Shown here: positions 23,793 to 38,792 of the stretch, piece by piece | How the letters are laid out: each line of letters begins with the position of its first letter | How positions within the stretch are numbered: the stretch's first letter is position 1 | Made by a program: the position numbers and the translations under genes | Notes under the pieces: model-generated | What the model was told of the DNA's origin: nothing | The model's database searches: none | Seen by the model: only the letters and a program-made list of their open reading frames with translations | Assembly: GCA_951406725.2 (NCBI GenBank) | Contig: OX597815.1 | Location: forward strand, 132,494,001 to 132,558,000 | Direction: 5' to 3' | Length of the DNA stretch: 64,000 bases | Source of the DNA: Octopus vulgaris | Lineage: Eukaryota

Positions 23793-23834
23793 AATTCTTG
23801 AAAAGTCACATTATGACGAAAACCGGTTTGAATT
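23793..23834 (+). ncRNA. Minimal type I hammerhead ribozyme, U3-A8 compensatory variant (UUGAAAA)
   Basis: aattc-TTGAAAA-gtca(catta)tgac-GAA-aaccggtt-T-gaatt: all stems pair and stem III is an 8-nt palindrome. It lies ~100 bp upstream of a (TA)n tract. Confidence 0.75.
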
Positions 23835-23926
23835 AATATATATATATTTTATCAATTTTTCAAAAACTTTTCCATACACCCATTTTCATTAAAATTTTCT
23901 TTCAATTTTGCATTCTGCCTTTTTAC

Positions 23927-23993
<67 letters not shown>

Positions 23994-24487
23994 CATCAAT
24001 TAGGGAACAAACATCAAATTCGGGTCAGCGAATTTATATAACAACACGCATCCATACATTTCATCGTATATAAATATTACCATGCACATGCAAATACAAA
24101 ATATATAGAACGGCCTGTCAAGAAAAGTTATATACAAATAGACTAAAATAACTAATCAAAGTGAATTACTAAATCGTGTCAAACAACTAAGATATATCAA
24201 ACGAGTAAAAAAAGTTTTTACTCCTTGATTATACAACTCTTTTATACAACTCTTTTTTTAATTGCACCCCAACATATTGCATTCTCAGAAATCCTTTTTA
24301 TGACTAACTCCAACACAACAACATTATTGTTTTTTACTTTCTCCCATCGTGCCTGATTTCTTTTAATCTACCTTTCCTTCTTTATAAACAACCCTTATAT
24401 TTTCAGACATTATTTTTCATAGACGTTTATTTGACGATTAAAGAAATTCACTTTATCAAATAATTTTCATATATTCATACTCGTTAA

Positions 24488-24693
24488 GGCGACGAGCTGG
24501 CAGAATCGTTAGCACGCCGGACAAAAAGGGATAGCGTCATTTCATCCGTCTTTACGTTCTGAGTTCAAATCCCACTGTGGTCGACTTTGCCTTTCATCAT
24601 TTCGGGGTCGATAAAATAAGTGTCAACTGAGGTCCATGTAATAGACTTGCTCCCTTCCCCGAAGCTGCAGGTCCTGTAGCAAAATTTAAAACC
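24488..24693 (+). mobile_element. SINE family A
   Basis: ggcgacgagctggcagaatcgttagc...gtcgactttgcctttcatcatttcggggtcgataaa. Confidence 0.88.
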
Positions 24694-26829
24694 TATGTAC
24701 ATATTCCGTTTTTCCGTCTCTTTTTCTCTCTGCTCCAATCTTCACAATTCTGACCTCCACATTTCATCTATTACTTTCATCATTTTAAATACAGTGCTTA
24801 TATGGACAGTCAATAGGGATCTTTGACACCAATAACATTAACCAATAAAAGTTTGCCTAACTATTCAATGTATTCACTCTATGTCATTCAATGAGTGGAG
24901 GAGTAACTCAGAATTCATTCATGGTATTGAAATGTTTAAATAGTAGGGCTGCTGAGTAACTAAGATTATCCAGTCTGAACACTCCGCAGACAAGTATACA
25001 TTTAAGGTAATCGTTAAGTAGAATCAGCATAACATAGTTTTTGACTAGTTGAGTACAACAGCACTTTGCATAAAACTCTTTAAAAATATATATATTTTGT
25101 ACACTCAAAGGATTGTGTAGCATATTAAATACAGATACACGCGGGGGCTTCAATACGCAACATGTTTAAATTACGATTGAAATATTTGGGCAACACTGAC
25201 ACAGCAGACTGAAGTGAAACACATCTTTAAACCAACAGATTATTGTAGCGTAAAAGCAACGCATTCTCTATACACTTTTTTTTTTTTTTTTACCGTCATG
25301 GTAAAATATACTTAACTGAAGGCGTCTAAAGGGACTGAAGTATGTCAATTTTTCACCAGATGTGAGTAAAGACCGAATCCATTTCAATCTGCATTTTCTA
25401 TATTTCTAAGCTTTTCCGAACAATTAATCTTGTGAGAGATATTCCCTTGTTGTTTTAAGATACTGAAAAGCATAGAGGGAGAATTTATCTAATAATCATA
25501 GTTGAGAACATATTTTCAAAGAATAATATTTTATTATAGATGTCCTAGTGTATTTATATTCAGAATGTAGCACAATACCCTGAGGTATTTTATATCAGCC
25601 ATATTGAACATTTTATTACTTCATTAATTTTCTTTTTTGTTATCAGTTTTTGCTTATAATTTGACTTTTCTTCATCTCATTCATTACATTAGCCATAAAC
25701 GTTTGCTATGACAGAATACAATACGTAATGTTAAGATAAATTGCCTCAATGTGGTTGCTGTGATGGTTGTATTTGATCTTGTTCTCGTAGGTTTTGAGGT
25801 GGTGTTGGTATTGGTTTTTGTGATAGCTTTTGTTTATTAAGTCCTATGTTAGCTCTGGTAAAGAAAAAAAACACCCAAAATTATACCAGCTGTATTGAGA
25901 TTTTTGCTGCATATTTTCTTTCGGTGATTGCGTTACGAGTTCTAATTTTTAAGTCGGTAAGGTTTGATTTGGGGAGCGACATTTTGCTACTATTCCTAGA
26001 AGGATGATAGAATATGTAGACGTTCCTACTTTGGTTTAGACATCACCACTGAATGGTAGCATGTATACATGAAAATAATTGCCAAACTTAGTAAATTTTC
26101 AGACGAAATACTTTACAGCGTTAGTTTATATTTTGAATTTATATCTTATCTTGTTTAGTTTAAAGGAAGCAGATGTTAGTCAAATACCGAGACCAGTTTA
26201 TTTGACTGCCTTTCTCGTTAGCTATCTAATATTAGACTAAGAAATCATTATACAATTATTCAGACAGTAGGTTAATGCCATATTGTACGTAATGTCAGCG
26301 TTTCATCTCACGTGATCCGAACTTTCACTCCAGAAGGATAGAATTTTCGATTCCCAATCCCGAGGTCGAAATTTATCCCAAAAGAATTGCTTGTATGTGT
26401 TACTCTAACGAAAAAAAATATAGCAAATATCTACGTGGCATACTGACAACGGTTTAACATTAGTATTGCCCATATATGTTCTAAACATTGATATCACGCC
26501 ACTAAGTGGTATAGAAATAATTTTTGTGGTATAGAAATAATTACTGAAGTAAAAGATGAGCAAAATGCATATATGATCACTGTCTCCTATCTAAGGGAAC
26601 ACAATTCCTTCTAAGACGTCATCCAGAGAGAACTTAATGAATTTCACTGTTAGAAGTAAAATGACAGAAGATCTGAGATCAAAGAATGAAGTAAACTCAT
26701 GGATTACAGAAAATACAATAGCTTTTAATATATTAGACTATATTTGGTGACATAAAATAAATATATGTGAAAAGAAAACATGAATATCTAAACCATCTAC
26801 AACATTTTGATTTTCAGAGCGATAGTAAT

Positions 26830-27080
26830 TTCATAGGCAGATTAGTGTGGATCTTAAGTGTAGGATGATGAAAACGAGGAGGAGATAATGGCATTTGAAA
26901 TGAAATGTTGAATAAAGATGCTTCCTATCACATTTAAAGAATATCAAATTAACGAGAGTATTAGGAAAGGAAAAGTTGGAAAAGAATGATAACAATGAAA
27001 TTTTTCTGTTGTCAAAAACCGGATAATGAATTGGCCATAGAACACAGCACGAAGATGTGTTATCTACAGCGATATTGTCA
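26830..27080 (+). pseudogene. RTE-clade LINE RT C-terminal remnant
   Basis: EEEIMAFEMKC*IKMLPITFKEYQINESIRK...GH.. Confidence 0.55.
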
Positions 27081-27166
27081 CACACGCACAAATTCCTTCT
27101 AAATAGACAGAAAGCTTATTTATCAACTATCTAGGAACCTCTCTCTTTCTCACTTCCTCTCTCTCT

Positions 27167-27209
<43 letters not shown>

Positions 27210-27264
27210 CATACACACTCACATACACACATACACATATGCATATACGTGCGTGTGTGTGTGT

Positions 27265-27308
<44 letters not shown>

Positions 27309-27310
27309 AC

Positions 27311-28583
27311 CACGGTAGGCTGAAAAGTTCATAGGCAGACTATGAAGGAGTGGCGCTAGTGCTGCAAAATCTTGCATGCATTCCTTTCTGTCTTTATTAA
27401 CAACAGCTTGTTTACACGCCCCCCCCCCCCGGCAAACTCACTTCTGACTGTTTGACTGTTCTAAAACTTCAAAAGTAAGCAGTAGCGACCTCTTTTGAAA
27501 CTCGACAAAATTTGACATCATGTTGTCATCAATTACCTGCAGAAAAAGTGTTTAGACCCCCAAGGACAGTCATGCTGACATGGCTGCTGCACTAGGGGAT
27601 GCTCAAGTTTTATTAACAGTGCAAAAGGGAGCTGGTAAATTTAGGAAGATTAGGGCGATTTTGAAAATGATCCAAGGTCTAGACATTCTGCAATTGCTAC
27701 CACAGAGGAAAACATGATTCGTGTTCATCACACGGTGATGTATGACTAGCGATTGACTATAAATCAAATGGCCAATGTTATCAGCATATCTCGTGAGACA
27801 GTTGAGAATATTGTGCACAATGAACATGACATGACGAAAGTTACTGCTCGGTGGGTACCACATCTTCTGTCACCTGTTCAAAAGTGCATGAGCTACAGGA
27901 AAATCTGACACTGTTTGATGCAGATACACCTAGTTGCTTTGAACATTTTTGAACCTAGGATATGTGATATGCTCATCACTTTGAGCCAGAGGAAAAGGGA
28001 CAATACATGCAGAGATACTCTTTCTCACCTGCTTTGAATAAGGCCAAGGTCGTTTCATCTACAGGGAAAATGATGGTTTTTGGAATACAAGAGTCATTGT
28101 GTTTATTGACAATCTTCAGAAGTGTCACACCATCAGCGGAGAGTACGATGCCAAATTGTTAAGGCACTTACAAATGGCCATCAAGACCAAACTCTTAGGA
28201 AGACTGATGGAAGAGGTTTCGTTTCATGAGGACAATATTGTGTCACACACGTTTCTATGTCTGTAGTGCTGGAATTTCGCTTGAACTGGTTGATTACCTC
28301 CCTACTCTCCTCATTTGGCCCTGTCTGACTATTATCTGTTCCCGAACATGAAAAAACACTTGGTTGGGAACCAATATCGCAATGATGATGATGTGAAATC
28401 TGCTGTTAAAGACTTTTCTCACGAACAGGAAGAAAGCTTCTTCACCAATTGGATCCAAGCACTGCAACACTGATGGGAGAAGCGTGTGGACCGCAGGAGG
28501 TCTGTATTATAAAGTATATCTACATTTGGTCACATTCCATCAGAGTATCTTGGTTAGCCTATGATATTTTCACCTGACCCTCG
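27311..28583 (+). mobile_element. Old full-length mariner relic, heavily decayed
   Basis: Degenerate TIRs (ctgaaaagttcataggc and gcctatgatattttcacctgaccctcg). Residual motifs RWVPHLL, STGKMM, PPYSPHLALSDYYLFPNMKKHL. Length is ~1.27 kb. Confidence 0.85.
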
Positions 28584-28627
28584 AACTCATCTTATTATTT
28601 TTATTTTGCTGTTATTGTACTCTTTTT

Positions 28628-29515
28628 GGATCTTTTCAATTCTGAAGCCAGTTTTTTCAAATTTTTCCTACTGAACCAAACAATTTGAAACTTCGTATAC
28701 TGGTAGAATGTGTCAAAAGTAAACTTAATTGTAAACCAGAATGAAAACGGAATTGTAACTTCTAAGTTTAACGTTGTTTAATAATTAGAATTTTAACCAA
28801 TGATATTCCGTCATTCGGCTTTATTTTATTTACTCCGTCTCGACCACCAATTTGGTGACGTATTAAACATCTTAAATGTAAATAAACCGCATGTCTCCGT
28901 GAAATCTCCTTCTAATTATTTAACGTACTCATGTTTCCAGGATCCTATAGTCAGCCACCTTCTAATAACAATATTTAAAACTAGTTAATAAGCCACATGT
29001 ATTAAATTGAAAATGTTTCCATTCTGTTAGTACTTGCTTTCGTTTGCTATTAAGAAGTGGCATCTCAGTGACGAGGCTTCTAACAAGATTTCGTTTCTAA
29101 GCTAATGCGTTTCATTTTACTTATTGTATTTATTTGTGCAAAAGGCAAGAAATTTAATATTACAAAAGCAAAGAGCTGGCAGAAACGTTAGCACGCCGGG
29201 CGAAATGCGTAGCCGTATTTCGTCTGCCGTTACGTTCTGTGTTTGTTTACAGTTTTCCGAACGTTAGTACGTCACAAAAGCGCTTTCTACGTCACACTAA
29301 TAGAATGCAGTCAAGTTTTACACATGAAAACAAACAATCTGATTGGTTAAAATTCGCAGTTTTAATCTACGATTAAAGTCATAAAATAGATTTTTCTCAA
29401 ATAAACTAGTTCCAACCTGTGTCTTGTTTTGCTAGACTCTATCAGCATACGAAGTTTCAGAATATTTAGTTAAGTAGAAAGATCTGTGGTCCTGGCTTCA
29501 GAATTGAAAAGATCC
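28628..29515. mobile_element. MITE with GG-terminal TIRs and a perfect 8-bp TSD (Merlin- or MULE-like)
   Basis: 24-bp perfect TIR ggatcttttcaattctgaagccag, extending imperfectly to ~90 bp. TSD ctcttttt at 28620-28627 and 29516-29523. Confidence 0.85.
29172..29240 (+). mobile_element. SINE family A head fragment nested in the MITE
   Basis: gagctggcagaaacgttagcacgccgggcgaaatgcg. Confidence 0.8.
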
Positions 29516-31099
29516 CTCTTTTTATTGTATTCTTATTCTATATTTTCATTTTTTCTTTGTTGATACGGTATTTAAATTTTTTTACTTATATTTGTGTTTG
29601 AAAGCTAATTACCGATATTGGACCAACCAAACTACATTTCTACGTATATTGGATGTGGGAGCAATATACATGTGGACAAGTGTGGAAATGTGTCTGCTAT
29701 GCTCAGACGTATATATATATATATATAATCAGAAAATGGAGAAAACCTCAGATTAACAAACACATCGATTGGACCACATTTATAGCTTATTTTTTAATAC
29801 ACAGCATGATATAATAAATAGGTGACGTAACATTTCTAACGGCCGTCATTGATCGGTTACAAAAGTGCAGTCTATAAATAAATGCGAGAATAAAGTACTT
29901 CATCTTCATAGGACATTCGAATTAAGACAAGGAGCTTCATGAGAGTAAAAAAAAAGAGCATACAATATAAAGAAAGGGAAGAAGAAAAAGGAAAGATAAA
30001 CATGGCCTACAAAAGAGTCTTGAAGCTCCATATGTTAAAAGTATATAATCTACCATCTAGGGGCTACGAGGTCCGTAGGTAAAAGAGTAAGCTAGTACTG
30101 GTCTAGGGAATACTACAATTTATTAACAGGGTTTTTTTTTTTTTACTTTCTCATTCTGCTTCATGTATATCGATAACGTAAGCAAAAATATGGCAGAGAC
30201 CAAAATGACACAAGATTCAGCCCAACAAACACAGCAAATCACATATCAATGAGGGCGGGAATAAACTAGTGAAAGTGGCATCAAGTCCAGTCTAGTCACT
30301 ATTGAGGAAGACATTATCAGCTATAAGCTATCAGCTATCAGCCATTACCCTGGTTGTCGAGGATGTACTGCAGTTAAGGTCATTATCGAGGACGATTTCA
30401 TGACGGAGAGTAATAAGGGCTATTACAAAGTGGTGTAATCCATTATCAGACTTGTAGTAAGTGACATCACATACAAGCCTTATAGGATGAAGAGAGGGCA
30501 GTTTTCATTTTGTATTCATTGTACATCTTTGTTTTAAGATCTTTTCTTGTGTTATTTATCGAAGATAAAAACCACTTGATCGTCTTCAACATTAGGTTAC
30601 CTTCTAGTACACGTCACTTAGAAATACCTAGACTGATGCGTTTCAGGTGCCGACGAGTGATGATCGAGAATATCCACAATATCAGTGAGTCTGGAATAAC
30701 AGGTTTCGTGAGTGTGGTGGGTGCATGGATGGGGAGACGCTTAATTGCCGTCGGATCTGTGATGGCACCAGGGCCACAGTGGAAACTAAGAACGGTAATG
30801 TTATTGATGTGCCGTTATTACTGAAAATAAGTAGCTCTTCGTTTTATAGACATATATATATATGTGTGTGTTTGTGCGTGTGTGTATGTGTGTGTGTATG
30901 TGTGTGTATGTATGCGTGTATGTATTTATGTATGCATGCATGTGTGCGTATAAAACTAACAGTCACTTATTCTCAGTAATAGTGGCATACATATGAATAA
31001 AAGATATCCTATCAGATTACCTTGTATAGTCCCCACTATGTATATATGTATATACATATTTTTTCTTTTCTGAGGAGACTGATATTTCCATCACAAGTA

Positions 31100-31690
<591 letters not shown>

Positions 31691-33217
31691 TAGATGTACA
31701 CAAATCTAAGATCTATATGTGAAAAGGATACACAATGAAGGTACACACAAACACACACACACACACTCACGCACGTACTGGTTATCGCACTCACACATAC
31801 CATTTGAAAATACATGTTGTGGATTGCTTTTTGACTCAGGTAATCTCTATATACGAGTATATATGTGCATTTCATGTATGCGTATTTGTGCGTATTACGC
31901 TGTGCACGCTTGCGTACGCATATTATATATATATATATACATACGTATGTATGTAAATAGACAGATAGTTAGATAGATATGTATACACATATACGTATAT
32001 ATATATATAAAATATATATATACATATATTCAGGGATACATGCATATATATAGGTAATGGGTATACGTATATCTATATGTATATATATATATATATATAG
32101 GTATACATATAGATAGGTATATATATATACATTCATACATAAATTGACTCATACATGCATACATAGATACATACATCAAGGTGAGGAGAAAGTTAATGAA
32201 GTAATATTCTATGTACTTTGTGGAATAAATGGGAAGTCTAAATTAAGTCTTAGAATAAAACCAGCCATATATATCACACAGAACGCAAACATTACACGCC
32301 GCACAAATTACACACACACACAAACACACACTGACACATACACGCACGCACACACAGGTAACTTGCACGTCGCAGACATCACACACTAACACACACCTCT
32401 CCTCGTTTGACGTAAGAGAATGTGGTTGATGTCTTATGACCAATATCTCAATTCAACGAAGTAAAATGGGTGTGATCTAGATATGACGTCGGCTGTCATT
32501 TTTAGTGGGGGAAACTACACAACAATACCAGTGAATGTGTGAACTGAGCGCGCGCACACACAAATACACATTCATACTCCATATATGCAAATATTCCTTA
32601 CGTACACTGGTATACAGGTACGTCAATCCTGTAACGCACTGTTATTTGTCTCCTCCCATTCAGGAAAATAATTTTTGGAGATAGGTTTTAGAATCTGGAG
32701 GTTTCTGCGAATTTTTTACTTTTTCTTTGCTGTTTTTTTTTTTTAAATTGTATTTGTAATATACTTTTTTTTTGCTTCATCATCATTATCACGGCACCGC
32801 CACCACCACCACCACCACAACCACCATCAATACCATCAACGGTATGATCATCCTCAACAGCATCCTTTTCCCTATCATCACATCTTAGGTGTTGTTGTTG
32901 TTGCTGTTATTATTATTATTATTATTATCATCATCATCATCATTATTATCATCATCATTATCATTATTATTATCATTACGATTGTTATTATAATTATTAA
33001 AGAAAGGTGAATGTAGAACCGGTGGAGCAACATGACTGCATCTTAATTCACAATGTGCAAATATTACTGAAGCATTCAAATTAAGTACCAGTCAAATACA
33101 AACACCTTGTAACTATGGTAGAATAATCATCATCATCACTACCACCAACATCCACCACATCCTTATCATCCTCCTCCTCCTCATTATCATCATCATCACC
33201 ATTGTCATCTTCCTTAA

Positions 33218-33411
33218 AATGCTTAGCGGTATTTCGTCTGTCGTTACGTTCTGAGTTCAAATTCCGCCGAGGTCGACTTTGCCTTTTATCCTTTCGGGAT
33301 CGATGAATTAAGTACTAGTTACGCACTGGGGTCGATGTAATCGACTTAGTACCTTTGTCTGTCCTTGTTTGTCCCCTCTATGTTTAGCCCCTTGTGGGTA
33401 ATAAAGAAATA

Positions 33412-33480
<69 letters not shown>

Positions 33481-33705
33481 CATTATCATGGTGGTGATGG
33501 TGGTGGTGGTATATTGGCAAAATTATTAGTGCGTCGAACAAAATACTTCTGGCTCTTTGCCTTCTGAGTTCAATTACTGGGGAGGTTATCTTCACTGGTC
33601 ATTCTTTCGGGTTCAATAAAACAAAGTACAAGTAACGTCCTAAAATTGCTATTTTCGTCTGAACACCCCCGCAAATCGTTGATCTCGTGCCAAAATCGGA
33701 ATCTA
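33218..33705 (+). mobile_element. Two tandem SINE family A copies separated by (TAT)n
   Basis: 33218-33412 is well conserved and 33520-33705 is degenerate. Confidence 0.8.
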
Positions 33706-33885
33706 TTATTATTCCCCCTTCTCACTTTTTCTTCCCCCTCATTTCTACTGCAAACTCCCACACAAACTGTCCTCATAATATTCCCCCTCACTTGATGCTC
33801 CTATGGAAAATAAAAGAACTAAGAATATTACGTATAATTTGTAATTAAGTATAAGTATAATATAATGATTAATTATATAATAATG

Positions 33886-33916
<31 letters not shown>

Positions 33917-34849
33917 TTATTATTATCATCATCATCAGCATTGTTATTCGTAACATGTTGGCATTTCGCATTTGTATTTTAATAATTTTCTGCTGTTCGT
34001 TGCATTATTTAGAACAGGTAAAGCATCAAATCCACCAAATCACATTCCACAATAATACACAGATATCTCGATTATATTTCTTCTATTACACCTTTTAATT
34101 ATTGCAAGTAATATATTTTCTCTGTCAAGTTCCCTTTTCCTCAGAAAGCTACCTTGCTAGGGCCTCGCTTCAATTGTTTGCAACAGTAGCGGTTGCAGTA
34201 GGAAAGAATATTTTGAACGGAGGTGGCGACAGTCAACAGGTTGCAGCCACAATAACTGTAGCAGCAGCAGCAGCAGCAGTTGTAGGTATAGTATAATGGT
34301 AACGGTATGAGTAGCAACAGTTAAAAACACTAGCAGTAGCGGTAGCAGTAGCAGTAGCGGTAGCAATTAACAGATAGCGACAAGTGTGTCGGTAGCGCTC
34401 TTAGTTGTAGAAAGCACAACATACAAGATATAAACGCATCGAACTGACCAAACTTAAACAACTTTCTTATTACCGTTTGAACCATTTAAGCTTTTTGGAA
34501 GCACAAGTTTTTATCACATGACCACGACCACTACCACGACCACGATTACGACTACGGCAGCACAAAACTATCACCAACACAACTACCACCACCAACTTTA
34601 CCAATATTATTATTATTACTGCTACTACTACTACAACAGAAACCGTGTCAACGTTCCGACCAGTGATAGTTGAAAGAAACATAAAACCGCAAAAAATTTC
34701 ATAAACAATCTAACAAATTTCTCGCAACAGTTTTTAGCGCAAATACCTCAGGTAAGAATATTTCTGACAACCCAAAACTAATTTCCGTTTTTACTTTCGC
34801 TTTGATTCCAGCCATTTCACGTCTACGGTTTAGCATTTAAGAAAACCAT

Positions 34850-34890
<41 letters not shown>

Positions 34891-34891
<1 letters not shown>

Positions 34892-35066
34892 GTTTCAAAT
34901 TTTGGCACAAGGCCAGTCCACTCCAGTCAGTACACATTTTATCGACCCTGAAAGGATGAAAGGCAGAGTCGACCTCGGCGGAATTTGAACTTGAAACGTA
35001 AAGAGTGACGAATTGCTGCTAAGCGTTTTGTCCGGTGTGCTAACGACTCTGCCAGATCGCCGCCTT
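34891..35066 (-). mobile_element. SINE family A between (AAT)n tracts
   Basis: Reverse complement of the family A head and core. Confidence 0.85.
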
Positions 35067-35441
35067 CATAATAATAATAATAATAATAATAATAGCTGAC
35101 AATCGGTAAGAAATGGAATTAACATTGAAAGATGTTAATGACAATAATGATAATAATAAGAAATAAATTAATTAATTAACTTAATTTTACTTTTTATTGT
35201 GTGTGTTATGAAAGAGTTTCGGATGATGTGTATTTTATTATGTTTCATAGTTTATTTTCCTTTTCCATTACATAGTGCATGTTTCAAGGAAATGTGGAAG
35301 AGTGAAGGTGGAAATTTAGAAAATAAGAATTTGGGTATCGATTGAAAAAGGATTATGTATGAGTATCTGAGATCGAGTATTGTCACTGTAATTATGTGTG
35401 TATATGTATATACATAGATACACACAGGCACATATACATAT

Positions 35442-35504
<63 letters not shown>

Positions 35505-35561
35505 CATATACATAAGTATCTGCACCTGTATTTTATCTATATGTATATATACGTATACATG

Positions 35562-35639
<78 letters not shown>

Positions 35640-36554
35640 ATGCATATATACACACATCCACACACACACACATATATATGTATATGTATATGGTTTTAAA
35701 TTGATATTAATCAAATTAATATTCAATTTTCAACTTTATTATTTTAAATTTATATATATATATATATATATGAGAAGAGAGAGAGGGATATATATATATA
35801 TATAATTTTTTGAGAGAAAAAAGAGAGACTGAGAGGGGGATAGAGAGATATATTGACAGATTAAAAGATATATGGACAAATAGATCACAATAGGATAGAT
35901 AGAACAATTAATTGATAACTATGCATAGAATATGCATTTACAAGAACGCATCTGTTTCAAACATCAATATTAACGGATATTCATATAATAAAAAAGAGTC
36001 ATGAAATAATTATGAAAAGGATGCTATTTAAGAAACCGGAAAAACCAAAAGGTACAAAACTAATGCCAAAGACTTTCATTTAAAGAAATATTTATTTGTT
36101 TCATTGTTTTCGATGTTTCATCTTAGCAGAAATAGCAGGTGACGGTTATACTGTATCGGCAAAAAAGAAAGTTAAAATTATATCATGAGACTAATCTAAC
36201 AGAGCAAATTACGCTGGAGAATGTATGCGATTTATTTGAATTGATACATCAAAGTAGATGAATCTCTACCTCAAATGATTTATATATATATAGATATATC
36301 TGTGTGTGTGCGTGTATGTGTGTGTATGTGTGTGTGTGTATGTGTGGTGTGTGTGTGTGTGTGTGTGATGTGTGTGTGTATGTACGTATATTTGTATATT
36401 GTATATAGTTAAATAGATATAATGAGTAATGTATTATTTTATCTTTGAACTTTTCTCGTCAATCCTTGATTATAACTTTCTCTCTTCTTCTCTCACTCTC
36501 CTTCTCTGCCTCTGTTTCTGGCTCTTTCTCTTTCCCTCTCCCCTTCTCTGTCTC

Positions 36555-36601
<47 letters not shown>

Positions 36602-37156
36602 TTCTCTATATATATCTACTTATCTGGGTTCAATCAATAACCATCTATGTGAATATCTATTAACTTTTCTATATACATTTCTTTCATTAATCCATGTATA
36701 TTCCAACTAACATTCTTTATTCGATTTCTCGTGTGTAATTCTCACTGGCTAAACATTTGTCAACCTATTTCACCATTCATTCAACTATTGCTTTTTTCAT
36801 CCAATCTCTTATTCAAATGATCAATATAGTCACATTTCAATGACTCCCTTCAGTCCTCTTTCTCCAGCCACTACACACTCCGCAAGCACACGTACACACA
36901 TAAATACACACACACACACACACATGTACAAGCAAATAAGCACTCACACACAAACACAATTACACACAGGTACGTGCAAACAGACACACTAAAATACATA
37001 CATGCACATTTACAAATTGGAAATTTTTTTTAAGCAAAGAATTGTTTTAAAAGTATTTTAAGCATAACAACGGATCATTTAGTGATGCGTGGTGACTCAG
37101 GCTTGAAACTAGACTCAAATTTATTGCAAAATTCGTGTGGATTGAGTGAGATGGTA

Positions 37157-37159
<3 letters not shown>

Positions 37160-37209
<50 letters not shown>

Positions 37210-37237
37210 TAGAGATATAGATAGATAGATAGATAGG

Positions 37238-37318
<81 letters not shown>
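37160..37318. repeat. (TA)n-(GATA)n microsatellite
   Basis: Seen directly in the sequence. Confidence 0.97.
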
Positions 37319-37484
37319 GTTAGTTAGTTAGTTAATTTGGCTCAAAAGCAAATGGCAAGGCCATGTAGGGGGGCATGGAGTTAAGTACAGGGTGGTGTTC
37401 ATGTAAAGAGTTCAGGCCACTTGAAGTCCAGGGAGGCTTTGAACAAAGCGGTCGTCGGCATCTTCACCATCTCGTCTGGCAGCT
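37319..37484 (-). mobile_element. CR1-like LINE 3' end with (CTAA)n tail adjoining a (GATA)n tract
   Basis: LPDEMVKMPTTALFKASLDFKWPELFT*, then a short 3' UTR ending aattaactaactaactaac. Confidence 0.7.
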
Positions 37485-37964
37485 AGATAAATACACACAC
37501 ACAAACACACACACATATATATATACTACATACTTATATATACATATACATATATATATATACGTATATATATATATATATATACTTATATATATGTATA
37601 TATATGCACACACACATACATACATGTGTGTGTGTATACATACAAATATGTAAATTTATATATATGTGTGTGTATGTGTGTGTGTGTGTGTATGTATTGT
37701 GTGTATGTAATATCCAGAGTCATGATCAGTTAATTGATGCGTGTTTTCGCCAGGTGCGGACCTTTATCTGCGTTGTATGGAGATTTTTTAGTGACGCTTG
37801 ATATCATAAGCTCCAGTATTCATACTTTGTTATCTTTCGTTATGTCCGTTCGTGTGTGCGTCTGTTCGTGTATATGGGTGTCTGTGAATGCGCGTCGATG
37901 TGCATTCATGCATGCATTTACATAAATGCGTGGAAAAGAATTTCCTACATTGAAAAAGAGTATT

Positions 37965-38032
<68 letters not shown>

Positions 38033-38331
38033 CATATTAATATAATCAATGAATAGGAGAAATCTCCCGGTACTTCCATGCGTGTATATGTGCGTGTTTG
38101 CTTGTGTGCGTGTGTGTGTGTGTGTGTCTGTGTGTGCCTATCTTCCACTTAGGGCAAAAAAGCAGTTTTTCCCATGAATCCGGTCTTCCACGTGTGAACA
38201 GGTGATAGTGTATTGTCCATTGATTGGGTAATCATATGTCCGCACAAAATTGCACTCTGGCTAACGAAGTTTGGACCTCAACAAAATCTAGCTAGCCAAC
38301 AAATATATGTTTGATTGTATGTATGCGTATA

Positions 38332-38397
<66 letters not shown>

Positions 38398-38400
<3 letters not shown>

Positions 38401-38792
38401 TTTTATTCTTTTACTTGTTTCACTCATTTGACTGCGGCCATACTGGAGCATCGCCTTTATTCGAGCAAATTGACCCCAACACTTATTCTTTGTAAGCCTA
38501 GTACTTAACCTATCGGTCTCTTTTGCCGAAAAGCTAAGTTACGTGGACGTAAACACACCAGCATCGGTTGTAAAGCGATGTTGGGAGACAAACACACACG
38601 CAAACATACACATTCATATATATATATATATATATGCGACGGGCTTCTTTCAGTTTCCGTTTACCAAATCCACTCACAAGGCTTTGGTCGGCTCGAGGCT
38701 TTAGTAGAAGACACTTGACCAAGGGGCTACGCAGTGGGGTTGAACCTGGAACCATGTTGTTGCTAAGCAAGCTATTTACCACATAGCCACTA
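38398..38792 (-). mobile_element. SINE family B
   Basis: Reverse complement of family B. Confidence 0.88.

Noticed and set aside
30140-30825. Possible L1/Tx1 ORF1 remnant on the minus strand
   Set aside because: Only a vague resemblance with many stops, which cannot be supported without a profile search.
37715-37850. Possible hAT BED-finger remnant (..GAYDIKRH..)
   Set aside because: Too short and interrupted to support.
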